Shown: positions 12,976 through 29,929, counted from the first letter of the stretch. The stretch is 64,000 nucleotides of DNA from Eledone cirrhosa (GCA_964016885.1 OZ024741.1:382292001-382356000), one strand, 5' to 3'. Made by a program: numbers and translations. Notes: a model not told the origin generated them from the letters alone.

Positions 12976-13979
12976 AATAATTGAGCTGCGACGTTGCAAA
13001 TGGGTTACATATGAAAAAGTTTGTTCTTCATCAGTGGCCTTCCAACCGTCGTAGGCATTTCATCGCTTTAAAGGCCATATACCTCAGGTTGGTGCGAGCA
13101 ACAGCTAAAAAAAGTCGTTGGGACACGTAAATAAAGGGGACGCTAGGGTAAACAAACAAAATGGTTTAAGCAACAGAAAGTGATGAGGAAAGAAACAAGT
13201 CCCAGATTTCTATAAATATAAATTCGGTGAAATCGTGAACGAGAGAATAAAGACCATCAAACCTGGTTGAAATGTGAGCAAGGAAGGAATTTCGCACAGG
13301 TCTAACGGGAGGAAGAAGAGGTCTGGTCTGCGAATTCGGTAAACATAAGTTCTGTGAAGTCGCAGACGAGAGAGAGAGAAAAAAAAAATTCATACCGGCT
13401 TGGCCAAGGGCGCGCGAGAAAAGTATGCGGACAGGTCAAACGGGAAGAAAGGGGAGGAGGAGAGGTAGTGACAGAGAATGAGTGAGTGAAAGGTGAGGAA
13501 GAGGCTAACAGAGAGAGAGAGACTGCTAGAAAGGGTAAAGATAGAAAGAACGAAACAGACGGGTAGCAGCAGAGGAAAAAATATATGTGTAAATATGATA
13601 ATAATGGAGCTGCGGCCTTGAAAATGGGTTACATATGAAAAAGTTTGACCTTCATCAGTGGCCTTCCAACCGTCGTAGGCATTTCATCGCTTTAAAGGCC
13701 ATATACCTCAGGTTGGTGCGAGCAACGGCTAAAAAAAGTCGTTGGGACACGTAAATAAAGGGGACGCTAGGGTAAACAAACAAAATGGTTTAAGCAACAG
13801 AAAGTGATGAGTAAAAAAACAAGTACCAGATTCCTGTGAATATAAATTCGGTGAAATCGTGAATGAGAGAATAAAGACCATCATTAGCCGTTGCTCGCAC
13901 CAACCTGAGGTATATGGCCTTTAAAGCGATGAAATGCCTACGACGGTTGGAAGGCCACTGATGAAGGACAAACTTTTTC

Positions 13980-13985
<6 letters not shown>
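12971..13985. repeat. ~624-bp-spaced direct repeat plus inverted terminal copy (pLTR-like)
   Basis: 12971-13260 matches 13595-13882; 13885-13985 is the reverse complement of ~13628-13731; flanked by (TA)n. Confidence 0.75.
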
Positions 13986-14061
<76 letters not shown>

Positions 14062-14102
14062 GATATTAATAAATGGAAACGATATTTATAAAACCGTATT
14101 TA

Positions 14103-14162
14103 TTTCATTATACATATTTCAGGGATACCACATTAAATTATGGTATGCCTTCATCAGAAAAA
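14103..14162 (-). ncRNA. Minimal type I hammerhead motif
   Basis: Reverse complement reads CTGATGA-aggcataccata..tgtggtatccct-GAAA-tatGTA-taatg. Confidence 0.7.
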
Positions 14163-15685
14163 ATACAATATATAACAGTTTTACAAATAGGTTTGACGTA
14201 CCCTTTAAAATACAACCATTACTTTTGGAGGCTGTCTGGATAGTGATTTGTTTATATAATAAGTCATAGTGTTAAGCACAATTAGAAAAAGACGGAGAGA
14301 AAGAAGGAGAAAAGAACAGAAAACCTGGAGAAATATCGGAGAGAGAGAGAAATGTATGGAGAAAAGAAAGAGATAGATAAAGATAGGAGGAAATAAAAAA
14401 GAAAGAAAAGGAAGGAATAAGAAAAACAAAGGAAAGCAACAGAGAGATATCAAGTCATCATATATAAAGAGAAACTCAAGAGAGAGAAATACTATATAGA
14501 GAGAGGGGGACAGTGACAACTTTACGTAATGTCATATTAAGTTGAGTTAACAATTTATATGAAATGAATAATAAAAATATAAATATAAGTATCAATATTC
14601 ATGAATGGGACATAGATATATAATATGAGAAATTAAACATTGTTCAATAATGACCATATGTTTAGTTTAGAAACTTGAGATCAATATACCAAAATCTGAG
14701 TTCAAAATGTACCCTTGCTATAGAGATTAGTATTTTATGCAAAGACATACAAATATATATGTATATATACATACATATAGATACGCATGTCCTGAAAATA
14801 GAGATTATGTTTACTCAAGCCAACAATATAGCCATACAAAACGTAAATAATTTCTCTTAATCACTGCTATACACTCATTGTGTTATAAACATTTCACAGT
14901 ATATATATACAAATATATACGATTAACAATCATGTCCTCATACATACGATTACCATTCATGTGTTTAATATTATGCACATCTGCAACATACCTCTCAACC
15001 ACATAGATATATACACATACATATATATACATACATATGTATAAATAAATATTTGCGTGCGTCCTCATGCATCACTCATGTATATATACAGACACAAACA
15101 ATCTATAACACTTTCTATGCATGTTAATACACACATATGCATTTGTATAATGATAATCCAATATCAATAAATTACCAAAGGATTATAATTTGTAAATATA
15201 ACCATAACAATATAAATTTAAAATACCAAAGGAATATATTTTGGAAATGCAACTATATAGTCAAAGGAAATCTAGAAATATCAAAGCATTAAATATCATT
15301 AAAACACTATAGAGTATCTTAAGTTAAAATAATATGTTTTATATATTTAGTATAGAAATTTATCCTACGTATATCTCAATCAAGATATTGAGAGGGTAGA
15401 CTTGTGAAAGTTTTGAGAAGCTACCATAATCAAAACAAATAAAAATAATTTAAAAGATTTAAAAAATTTTAAAAACCCAATGATTCTACAGATAACCTTA
15501 TATTTAATATAGAAATTTACCTTACGTATATTTTATTTAATACATTGGAAGTATAGACATTTTAGAGTAGTTTATTATATCCATGTTTATATTTAGGAAG
15601 AAAGTTTAAAAAGAAAAAGGTGAAGGAATCTAATGGATTATCGACAGGTTCTATATATTAACTAAAATTACTTAATTAATTATAC

Positions 15686-17430
15686 TACATTTTAAATTTA
15701 TATTTATATTTAAACGTTGAGTTCAATCTATGTCTGCAGCAACTGAATAAATTGTTCCTCAGATTAAGGGAATTTTTGGACTTTAATATAAAGAATATTT
15801 CTTCAATACAAAGATCATAATTTTCTGAAGAGGAATTAAAAGGAGTAGCTCATGAAATAATATTCCAATTCATCGAATATTTAATATTATCTCGTTTTAG
15901 GTCCCATAGTAGGCTAGATAGCGAAGTTGAAGATTTTTTGTTTGGATCTGTGAAAGAATTCTTATGATTATTGAAGCGAAGTTTAAATTGTGTACAGGTG
16001 GAACCAACATAGTTAAATGAATTTAAATTAGTTTTAACATTACAATTGTAAACTACATTTTTAGCTAAGCAGTTTTTACTTAACGGACAGTTAGATTTAT
16101 TTCTACAGTTACAGTTATTTAATTGAATATTGTTTGGGTTATTATTGGTATTTTGGTTAGGTTTTAAATTCCTATTATTAATTCTATTAATATTTTGTGC
16201 TAAATTTTTGGTGGACGAGTAAGTTAATTTTATAGTGTGTCTATTAAAAATAGAGTGATATGTATGTGTTTTAGGGAAGCGTGTATCAAGAGCATTAAAG
16301 AATAGTTTAGCAATAGGGGTTTTAATATTTAGTGAGAAAGGGGGAGCAAACGATAATATATTTCTAGTTCTATTTCTTTTTCGGCTTTTGGAATTATTGT
16401 AATGTTTTCTATTATAGTTGTTAAAGTTGTTACCGTAATTGAAATTGTTATTATTTTGGTTAGTTTGCTTATTATTATTATTATCGATGTATTTAATTTT
16501 ATTTCTATATCCAGCTCTAGCTAATGCTTCGTTGTAATACTGCGCTTTTTCATCAAATATATTTTTATTAGATGAAATTCTTGAAATTCGTTCTTGAACA
16601 GAGTTCACTATAGTATTTTTAACAGATCTGGGGTGATTAGAGTTAAAATTGACATAATTCAAGTTTTCATTTAGTTTGTGAAATGGATAATGAAGACATG
16701 TGTTGAGATTTAGTGTTACATCAAGAAAATCGACTATTCTATGGTTATTCTCTATTTCTATTTTTAGATTAAGGTAATTAAAAAATTGTATAATTTGTTT
16801 TATTTTTCTATTTAGTTCACAGCTATTATCTTCTATAAGTAAAAGCAGGTCATCACGATATAAACCTCCGGTTACACCTGGTATTTTTCTATGTAGCGAA
16901 TTAATTATAAATAGGCCCACGTGGTCCGTTACCTGAGCTGAGTCTGATGATCCCATAGTTATGTCGAAATTATTATTTCTATCTGCCCTAGTCCAGAGTT
17001 GGTTATTAAATTCTATCAATGTTTTCCTTGCCGATAATATAATGTGCATTTCATTGCTAGTTATGTCAGTATGTTTAAATGCGTAATTTAGTGCCTTATT
17101 CAGTAGATTAGGAGTGATAGATAAACAGTAGTTAGCAATATCCAGCTGAATAAACTTATTATTACAGTTATATTTAATTTCTTTAAACCAATCAATAACC
17201 TCACTAGTCCCTTTCCATAACTTTAAGTAAGATAAATTAGGTAAGTTTATAATTTGTTGTATTACCCTGTCTAGAATATGTTGGCTAAGTTTTCCCAGGT
17301 CAGATTTGGATGGTGCAATTAATCTGACTGGTAAATCATTTTCAAAGTTTCTTTTGTGATCCTTCATATTGATCTTGGGTTTCCTAGGCATGAAGGGTTG
17401 TGTTTTATTCTCAATGTCTAATTCATGCAT
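15686..17430 (-). pseudogene. PLE RT-GIY-YIG ORF (526 aa to a premature TGA; frame continues to ~15686)
   Basis: GGLYRDDLL, IVDFLDVTLNL, SNHP, CNCRNKSNCPLSKNC, YVGST..FKLRFNNH; after the TGA reads ATPFN..LC.EE..CCRHR. Confidence 0.9.
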
Positions 17431-17614
17431 TATACAAGATTCATCTGTATTATATTATTATATTATGTATTATATTATTATATTATATTATATTATAATA
17501 TTATATTATATTATATTATTATATAAACAAATCACTATCCAGACAGCCTCCAAAAGTAATGGTTGTATTTTAAAGGGTACGTCAAACCTTTTTGTAAAAC
17601 TGTTATATATTGTA

Positions 17615-17675
17615 TTTTGTCTGATGAAGGCATACCATAATTTAATGTGGTATCCCTGAAATATGTATCATGAAA
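17615..17675 (+). ncRNA. Minimal type I hammerhead motif (inverted pLTR copy)
   Basis: CTGATGA at 17621, stem ggcataccat/gtggtatcc, GAAATATGTA at 17658. Confidence 0.7.
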
Positions 17676-17804
17676 TAAATATGGTTTTATAAATATAGTT
17701 TCCATTTATTAATATCGTATATCTACTCCAAAAATTTGTCGAGTGCTTTATATCAGTTATAAAAATATGTACTTCTTGTATCCAACAACTTTAAATAGAA
17801 CTTT

Positions 17805-17867
<63 letters not shown>

Positions 17868-17874
17868 ATATATA

Positions 17875-20895
<3,021 letters not shown>

Positions 20896-21778
20896 TAAAA
20901 GGATAACAAGGACGATTGCATTTATTGATAGGTGACGCGCGTTTCGCCACTGATCAGCTCAAGGTTCGATCTATATCGATCCTACCCGACTCAATAATCG
21001 GCAGCTCGACGGACCCGCTTAAAATGCTATGAGAAAATGAAATACATGCTATGTGGTAAAATTAGAGTTTCAAGAGTTTGACAAAATGGATTGTTTTGAT
21101 TGGTGAGAAGGATCAAGGCGATGTACTGTCCTGTAGTGTATATGGGGGTCGGTGTGATGGTGAGATGTTGGTGACGGTCTGGGATGAGGTGGGCTGTGGT
21201 GTGGTGGTGGTGAGTTGGCCTTGGCGTATAGAGTATATGGGGGTGGATGTGATGATATGGTGGTGGTTTTGGTTGCTTAGTGGGATGGGCTGTGGTATGA
21301 GGTTAGTGGATTGTCAGTAGACGGGTTGGCGTGTGTGTGGGGGTGTGGTAGTGGTGCCGTTGTCCATGGTAGCGGCGTTTGTGGTGGTGTGGTGGATGTA
21401 TTGGTGGCGTCAGGTCCTTACATAGATACATAGTTAGACACTCGTCGTCTGACAGATACCTTGGATATACGTATACCCTCTCACATATATGTATATATGT
21501 GCACATATATTGTTGTATAAACACACACAACACAAAACACATACGCACATCCTTGCCCACACATATCGACACACGCTCATACACAGCCATATGTATATGT
21601 ACACACATGTATGTGCATGCGCGCATGCGGACACGAATATGGAGAGTGGGGGAGCATCGGTGGGGGTGGCGAACGACAAAGATGGGGGGAAGGTGAGAGG
21701 CAATGTAGAAGGTGTTATACATATATACATACACATACATATACCCATACACACATATGTATATGGGCACATGGACGC

Positions 21779-22002
21779 ACACTCACGTATACAAAATATA
21801 CACATACACACTCACACACGTATACTCACACATATATATATATATATATACACACACATGTACAGACAACACACACAGACACGCAAATATACACATACAT
21901 GCACATATATGATCTCACCTACACATATACTCAGATTCACCTATATACATATATGTAGACATACACATACACACACATACATACACATACATATACACAT
22001 AC

Positions 22003-22057
<55 letters not shown>

Positions 22058-23995
22058 CACATAGACACACACACATACATATAAATATGCGTAGACGCAC
22101 ACATATTTATACGCCCGTATATGTAAAAAATACTTACACACAGACACACACACATGCGTTGGTTGGGGTGTGGAGGTATGTGTTGGCGGTGTTGATGAAG
22201 TATGGAGTTGTGTCTTGTGGTGGTGGTGATGGTGATGTGTGCGGCATGATATACAAATGCGGGCTTAGAAATGGTTACATGGAGTATAATAAAATAAGTT
22301 CACTGAGATGGGCGATGTTGAGACGGCGTATAGGTGGTTATTAATATGCTGTGTCATGGTTAGTGTGATTTTTGCTGTGGGTTATGTATGCGGCATGATA
22401 TACAAAATATGGGCTTACATATGGTTACATGCAATACAATATGGTTACATGCAATACATATGGTGACATGCAATACAATAAAATAAGATAATATTGAACC
22501 CCAGATTTCGTGGTCAATAAAAAACGCGTGGCATATATCCCCAGTGACAGAAAACACTGCAGATTATGCCTGGCTGAAGCGGCGAAAATAATTAAATTAA
22601 AATCCGCCATAAACTATATGTCGGGCATAATTGTCAATTGCAGACACACTAGGATGAACACCTTTTCTGCACAAACATTCGCGGGAGGGCCACGCACTAA
22701 CCATGACCCACCATAATAATAACCACACCTGCCCCGTATCACCATCGCCCATCTCAACGAATTTATTAATTTTAATTTTAAGCATAATCTTACTTTACTT
22801 TATCTTATTTTATTGTATTGCATGTAACCATATGTAAGCCCGTATTTTGTATATCATGCTGCATACATAACCCACACCAAAAATCACACTAACCACGACA
22901 CAGCATATTAATAACCACCTATACCCCGTCTCACCATCGCCCATCTCAGTCAACTTATTTTATTGTACTCCATGTAACCATTTCTAAGCCCGCATTTGTA
23001 TATCATGCCGCACACATAACCCCCACCAAAATTCACATCACCATACACACCTCATCGTTGCAACATCGTATTAGATCGGCTCCTATGACATGTTTTACCT
23101 TACAATCCATAATGACAAGGGATCTTGTAAATACAATGTCGATCATATCAACAATGTCGATCATATCACACCATCGCCACCACCACCACACCTCACATCA
23201 TCATATGTCTACCATACACACCTACAACCTTATCCCCCCATGTTCCCTCTGTCTACTCTAACCTACAAGCCCACGCTAAATTCGACCCTGTAAATGTACT
23301 GTCGCACACACCACCACCGCCACCACTAGATGCATCCACATACTTCAACAATCATTATCATTAACATCATCAACACATATCATCCCTCGCTCCCAGATCG
23401 ACTGTATTATATATCCCCACCCCGTCTGCCTTACCATGTAACACACCGTAACCTATGATCATGTAATCATCTTGTCGAACATACCACCCCAGTACCACCA
23501 CCACCACCATGTCCACAACTCACATCGCCGTACGCCCATAAACGTTCCCTATGTCACCTTTTAACCGGTATTCGATCCTGTATATATATGTTTGTCCCTC
23601 ACAACTCCACTACAAGACACAACTCCATACTTCATCAACACCACCAACACATACCTCCACTCCCCAACCAACGCAAGTGTGTGTGCCTGTGTGTAAGTAT
23701 TTTTTACATATACGGGCGTATAAATATGTGTGCGTGTACGCATATTTATATGTATGTGTGTGTGTGTATGTGAACATATATATATATGTGTATATATATA
23801 TATACACATACATATACACATACTTATATATATATATACGTATGTGTATATGTATGTGTATATGTATGTGTATGTATGTGTGTGTATGTGTATGTCTACA
23901 TATATGTATGTAGGTGAATCTGAGTGTATGTGTAGGTGAGCTCATATATGTGCATGTATGTGTATTTGCGCGTGTGTGTGTGTGTTGTCTGTACA

Positions 23996-24077
<82 letters not shown>

Positions 24078-24110
24078 AGTGTGTATGTGTATATTTTGTA
24101 TACGTGAGTG
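21779..24110. repeat. Nested inverted repeats around a PLE C-terminal fragment
   Basis: 21779-22218 pairs with 23607-24110; 22238-22495 pairs with 22797-23015; centre ORF 22510-22716 has CRLCLAE..VNCRH. Confidence 0.8.
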
Positions 24111-24209
24111 ATATTATAATTTTAAAGGATTGTAAATAAAACTAGTAAATCAGACAAAGTTGAAATTCCTGTTATTAATATAATCTTCTATACACAATCA
24201 TACACACCC

Positions 24210-24268
<59 letters not shown>

Positions 24269-25937
24269 TGCGGGGCCTCTTCTTGAGTCTGTGTGGGAGA
24301 GTGAAAGAGGGAAAACGGGGAAAAAAAGGGAGAGAAATTGAAAAATTATAAACACATTTATTCTCGTATCGGGTAGCCAGATAAATCTATTCAATGAAAG
24401 TAATTTGAATAATGGATCAGGTAAATTATAAATTCACCCCTTTGTCTTTTTTCCGTTAGATTGAATAATGAGTACTACATTCACATGTAACTGTTTACAA
24501 GTTTAACATATGACACTAAGTGGAACCTGGTGCTGTTGTGAAAGCATGCGTTTACGACGGACATGCTAGAAGTCTTAATGAAACAGCACCTAGTTATAAA
24601 ATTGACAGCAATATTTTGGCGTGTACATTTTTCATGAACAGGGTGACCTATAAACATCCTCCACTTCCTCTGTGTTGGGGCAGTTGTTATTCACACTGGT
24701 AACGTAGATCAACTCTGCGGAAATTCCATTCGACAAATCAGTAGAATGTCACTCATTGATGCTTTATAACCACTAGAAAATAATGACTCTTCTATCTACA
24801 TCTTCTATCGATAATAATATATGTTTCTGCATTTTGGAGCATGCCACATGCACACAAATTGTCTCAACTCGATTTAATCTCCTCCTCTCTTCACTGATGC
24901 TCTGTTGAACCCTTAGTTACCAGAGTACTCTTTAATCTCAGTCTTTCCTACCAAGTTAAATGATATAATTTCTAATGTACTACCCTTAAGAGCTGGTTAA
25001 TATCAAGACGACAGGAATGTGAATACAACTGTATAAAACTAGTGTACCGGCAAAGAACTGTTAAGAACCTTCAATGGACGAGTATGTGAAGGTAATGACG
25101 GATTAAAATAATACGCGGTGAAAGACCACGTATTTGGACAAGTCAATTCTTGAAAGTTGTCACATACTGAGCAGACGTTATCCGAATATAGAACACTATT
25201 TTTTTTTATACCACTCAAATCTTTTTTATATATAATCTACATTACATTTTGAAGAATACGTAGCAATACGTTGACGCTAAAAGTAAGAAACTGAAAAGTA
25301 TAAAAAACCATTATTGAACACTCTTCCAGAACAGAATTCAAAGAGTTATTTAAGAAAGAACTGACAATATTAATGCAAGAAAAAAAGCTTATGTAAGTAT
25401 AAAATATTGCTGTTGGCAGCTATATCGTTATAAGAGTCAACAGCAAAGTTGTCATGGGAAGAATATACAATCAACACGGTCGTCAACATTTTACAATAGC
25501 TGCCTAATCAATCTCAAAGGAGACATACGGAACTGAATTAAGAATTCATTAAATAAAAGTGTCTATTTCGTTTTTTATATTTATTTTACAAACTTTGCGA
25601 AGATTTCGGTTCAGATAAAATTTATTAAATATCATTTCTAAAAAAAAAATTCATAATGAATAATGACGTGTAAGGAAAAAAACATTAATTCTGAACAATG
25701 TCATAAATTGAGAACGTGGATAAAAAGATTGGTATTTGAAATATGTGAATGCCAAAAAAATAAGAATAACTGAATAGATAATGAACGTAACTACACTCAT
25801 TCAAATGGTAGTTATATATTTTCATTTACTGTCACTAAATGATAGAAATATACTGAATCTTACGCTTCAAATTTTAAATAAAATTTTAAAACAATTATGT
25901 AGCATACATTGAAGCAAATCTATAATCCCGAAGTTAG

Positions 25938-26062
25938 GTATGTATGTATGTATGTATGTATGTATGTATGTATGTATGTATGTATGTATGTATGTATGTA
26001 TGTATGTATGTATGTATGTATGTATGTATGTGTGCATGCATGTATGTATGTATGCATGTATG
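25938..26062. repeat. (TATG)n microsatellite
   Basis: Direct inspection. Confidence 0.95.
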
Positions 26063-26068
26063 CCTTTA

Positions 26069-26678
26069 TGTCAGGTCACCAGTTGGTGCTACTGGTAACA
26101 TGTACCCCAGTACAACCTGTCCCATGGTCGGGTCGTTGGCGACTAAACTGGCAACCCCACCAAGGTTTCTTGGTGAGGAGGGTGACTTTTGACATCCTGC
26201 AGGACTAAAAACAAAACCTGTCCAAGGGGAAAGGAGCTCTTAAGAGTCAATGGCCATCCAAAATCACCGGGAGAGATGACCCCTTAGCCTTTGTCAAGGC
26301 AGAATTCTAGGAGAAGGAAAACTCTGATATAACACCTGCAACCCTGATGGTATCCAATGATGTTGACTTGTTCTTCTTTTTGGTAAATATCATCTTGGTT
26401 AAGAGAGAGGCACTGGCTTTGTGCAGTGCTTTTGCTCACTATAAAAGCTTCACGGCACAGGGATTGCTTTATATCTGGAGATCTCTCTGCACTTGTCGTC
26501 ACATGGTACGATGGGCCCAGCACAATGTGTCAATAATTGTCACAAGTGTAGTGTTTGTACCAGAGTTTTCAAGTCGCTGGCTGGACTAAAAAGTCACACT
26601 CGTACAGCGGATCGGTAGGGGTTCTTCTACATGGATATAAAGTAGTGGCCGTACTCGAAAATGAGTTCGCAGCCACCA
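26069..26678 (+). mobile_element. ~610-bp dispersed element with TG...CA ends (class unknown, solo-LTR-like)
   Basis: Full-length inverted copy with the same ends at 52713-53324. Confidence 0.75.
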
Positions 26679-27289
26679 TGCATGTATGTATGTTCAGGAT
26701 ATGTTACAGGCTCGTGTGGCTGGCGGTAGCCTAAAAGTGCACCAAACTCTATAATCTGACAAGCGATTGCAATACTCTTGGCAGAATTTGCAGCCATCAT
26801 GTATGTATTGATGTATGTATGGATGTTTTTCTGGTTTTATTAATTTATAAATGTTTATCAGTACGGAGAGAGTCGGTTTCATACATAGATAAATACTCTC
26901 TCATTGTGATTGTGAAGGTATAGTCAGGGTGGAGTATCTGCAGATTTCTCATTAGTTTTGCTTACTTATTCTCGTTTTCAATAATTTATAATATTATATT
27001 GGCATATTCTGGGCATTTAACTTCTACTACAATGCATGCCTCATTTTCCTGTCCCATATCATGATATCTGGTCTGGTATGCCTGCATTTTATTGGGGTTT
27101 TGACTGGAAGATTCCACCAGTACTCTTCATATTATGTATGTATTTATATTTATGTTTGTGTGTGTATTTACGAAGGTGTGTATATCTGCATTGGAAAAGA
27201 ATCCAACTGCTGCATGTCACTCTGGGCGTGTGCGAAGAGATCACAATGATCTACATGTATATATTCTCTTATGAATGTACTCAGTACCT

Positions 27290-27600
27290 TAGTATTAGCA
27301 GTGAGACGCCTGAGGTTCAACAGCTTGCCGGAAGTGTGATATCTGAGATAGATACAGTATCGACAATCCTTGAAGACCATGAAAAACACCATTGCGAGAT
27401 ACAAGGGAAAATAAGTTGGTGCACGTATATCACCTTGCTTGATGCATGACCTGAGGTCAGGGACATCCATATTTGTCGTCAATGTGCGAAGAAGAGCAAG
27501 TCTATAGCCGGCTTCAAAAGTCATATCCGAGCATCACACATCTGAATCTGACAAGCGATTGAAATACTATTTGCGTGAGTTTGCATTCATCATGCATGTA
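27290..27600 (+). mobile_element. Decayed RTE-like 3' end with C2H2 motif
   Basis: ICRQCAKKSKSIAGFKSHIRASHI*; the tail tctgacaagcgattg..catcatg also occurs at 26756. Confidence 0.5.
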
Positions 27601-28186
27601 TATACGATACGTGTATATAAGCATCTGCGAACTTTTTTTTTTTTTCTTTTAATAGTTGAGATTAACGTGTAGGTAGACACGCATATCCTAGAAATTTCTG
27701 AATATTTATGGATAAGGAGAAGACAAATTATGTGCGACATATACCAATTGTATGACGGAATTTTGCGTCTCGTAAAATAGGGTTCGTAAAATAAGGCTTC
27801 GGTGCCGACTTCTGAGTCTTGATCATTGCAATACACTGCGGCATCTACTCGGTAGTCAGAGAAAATGGCCACATTTCGGAACCGTTAAAGATCAGACGAT
27901 GTGTGCATCAAGAGATCCCTCTCTCCCCCCATTATACGTTTTGATAGACGATCCTTTACCGGGAAAGTTGGAGCTGTTGCAGCGCATCCCGCTCTAACCG
28001 GGACCTGTAGAAAACTATGGAATTTGAGGTAGTTGCCACTTTCTTTGAAATGTTGACGTCAGCTAAACTCAACCCAGAAAAGCCGGTGAGTTTCCAGCTC
28101 AGTAACTCGATTTTATTTCAAACCCTTCCCCTCACACACAGTCCTTGTCTATTGCCCCGCTTCCAATATGTAGAGTCTTATGACCA

Positions 28187-28363
28187 ATTAGCAGTATCGG
28201 TAGTGGGTCGGACACGATGCTTTGTAGCATAGAGTTACATCCGTTTACAATCTTATTTCAAATCCCGCCGAGGTTAACTTTGCCTTTCATACTTACGGCG
28301 TCGATAAAAATGCACTGGGGTAATTGGTGGCCTTGTGCCAAAAGTAGAAACAATTATTATTAT
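28187..28363 (+). mobile_element. Meta-domain SINE (diverged) with (TTA)n tail
   Basis: aatcccgccgaggttaactttgcctttcat...ggccttgtgccaaaagtagaaacaattattat. Confidence 0.8.
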
Positions 28364-29906
28364 TGCGTTGTTCCGTTTAGATCCGATTTGTTTCTCTATT
28401 ACCAGGTTCAGGCCTTGAATCTTGGGCAATAGAGGTTAGCATTGTAGAGAACGAAATCATCTGATAATGTGTGCTGTTCCTACTAGCCCGATCATCTGTA
28501 ATTCATATTTACTCGTCTTGCAGGGAAGGACGCTAAATTGCAGGTCAGATGATTTGGGTATTGATCCTAATGCTCCTATCAACACAGGGATAGTGTTTGT
28601 GGTCATCCACCACATGCGGTTGATCTCTATTACGAGGTATTTATACATTGATATATTTTTATTTCATCCTACTCAGTGGGCTAGCCTCCTCCTTGTAAAT
28701 ATGCCGCTTCACCCACTTCGTTCTGAGGGGCTGCTATTGCGCAGCCATTAGCACCCCTTATATAGCCTTTTTAAGGTCTCCTCTTTTTAACCAGTTCCAT
28801 GTCTGTGGATCTCTAAATTCAGTTTTCTTAAAAAAGGTACTATGAAGGGTTTTTTCATAAGGTTGCTCTTCCCCTTGTTGTTATATCCTCCTTGGACATC
28901 CCCTGGTCTATTGTCTTCAGTACAATTTTGAGCATTGGCTCCCTACTGTCAGTCACATATTTGTGCAGGTTGTTTTTCTCCATCTGAAAACAGTTATTTA
29001 TGCTGATAAGACCACTTCCCCCTTCATATCTCTTTAAGTAGAGTCTATCGGCATCACTTCTCTTGTGGAACATGTTGTAGATAGTCAATAGCTTCCTAGT
29101 CTTCCTATCCATTTCTTTTTGTTCAACAACATTCCATTTCAGAATTCCCGCACTGTACCTAAAAATAGACACAGCTCCGGGATTCACTGCACTTATGACA
29201 TTCCTACTATTTAGATGTGATTTTAATACGCTTCTTACTCTCCTAACGTACTCAGATCATATCAATTCCTTCATTTTTTTGTTCTTGATGTCATCTGCCT
29301 CCAGAACACCTCTATATATTTGAATCCTTCTTCAGTGTCAATTTCCTTTAACATCTTACCTGTTGGTACCTGGATTCCGTTGCTTCTGCTCAATTTACCT
29401 CTCTTTATCACTAGGACTCCACACTTATTTCTCCACACCAAATTGCATACATATATCATTGCTGAAAATACGGACAGTGTCAACAAGTACATCAAACTCC
29501 TTCTCACTCTACCCAAAAGTTTAAGATCGTCCATGTAGAGGAGGTGGCTGATGGTAATATCACCTTTTCCCAACTTGTATCCTGCTCTCACTTTTCGCAA
29601 TATAATGGTCAGGGGTATCAGGGCAAGGACAAACAACAGATGGGACAAACTACCTCCCTATAAGATACCTCTCTTGATCTTCACGCCTCCCAAGGATTCT
29701 GCACCCGATATTAACTCTGTTTCCCAGGACTTCATACTTTTGCTCAACATCTATCAGATGTTTTCTGCCACCATGAAGATCTCTAGCCTTTTGATTATTC
29801 AAGAATGAGGCACCATGTCGTATGTCTGGCAAGAAGATTGGGTCTCCTCTTGCAATTCCGCATTAGCATCTTATCAATAAGTAACTGGTCTTTTGTACCA
29901 CTGGAC
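28364..29906 (-). mobile_element. R4/Dong-type LINE family B, 5'-truncated and internally deleted
   Basis: HLLYMDDLKL, DRKTRKLLT..H..SDADRLYLKRYEGGSGL, IPVLIGALG..GTAHIIR*; (TTA)n on both sides. Confidence 0.88.
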
Positions 29907-29929
29907 TTATTATTATTATTATTATTATT

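Larger units (their letters stand above)
14060..17808 (-). mobile_element. Penelope-like element with 3' pLTR (from 14060) and inverted 5' pLTR (17518-17808)
   Basis: 14060-14260 is the reverse complement of 17518-17720; both contain a hammerhead motif; the ORF lies between them. Confidence 0.9.

Noticed and set aside
15850-15852. In-frame TGA in the PLE ORF as selenocysteine (known in some Naiad PLEs)
   Set aside because: It aligns to Arg in the 18121 paralogue (WRLLSRANSY), not to a conserved Cys; all linker cysteines are normal codons. A simple nonsense mutation is more likely.
21303-24139. Many ORFs rich in YI/HT/VC/RE, here and throughout the window
   Set aside because: They are translations of (TA)n, (CA)n, (TATG)n and (GA)n microsatellites.
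24420-25520. Apparently unique sequence as host exons
   Set aside because: No long open frame or recognisable protein; splice-like signals are at chance level.
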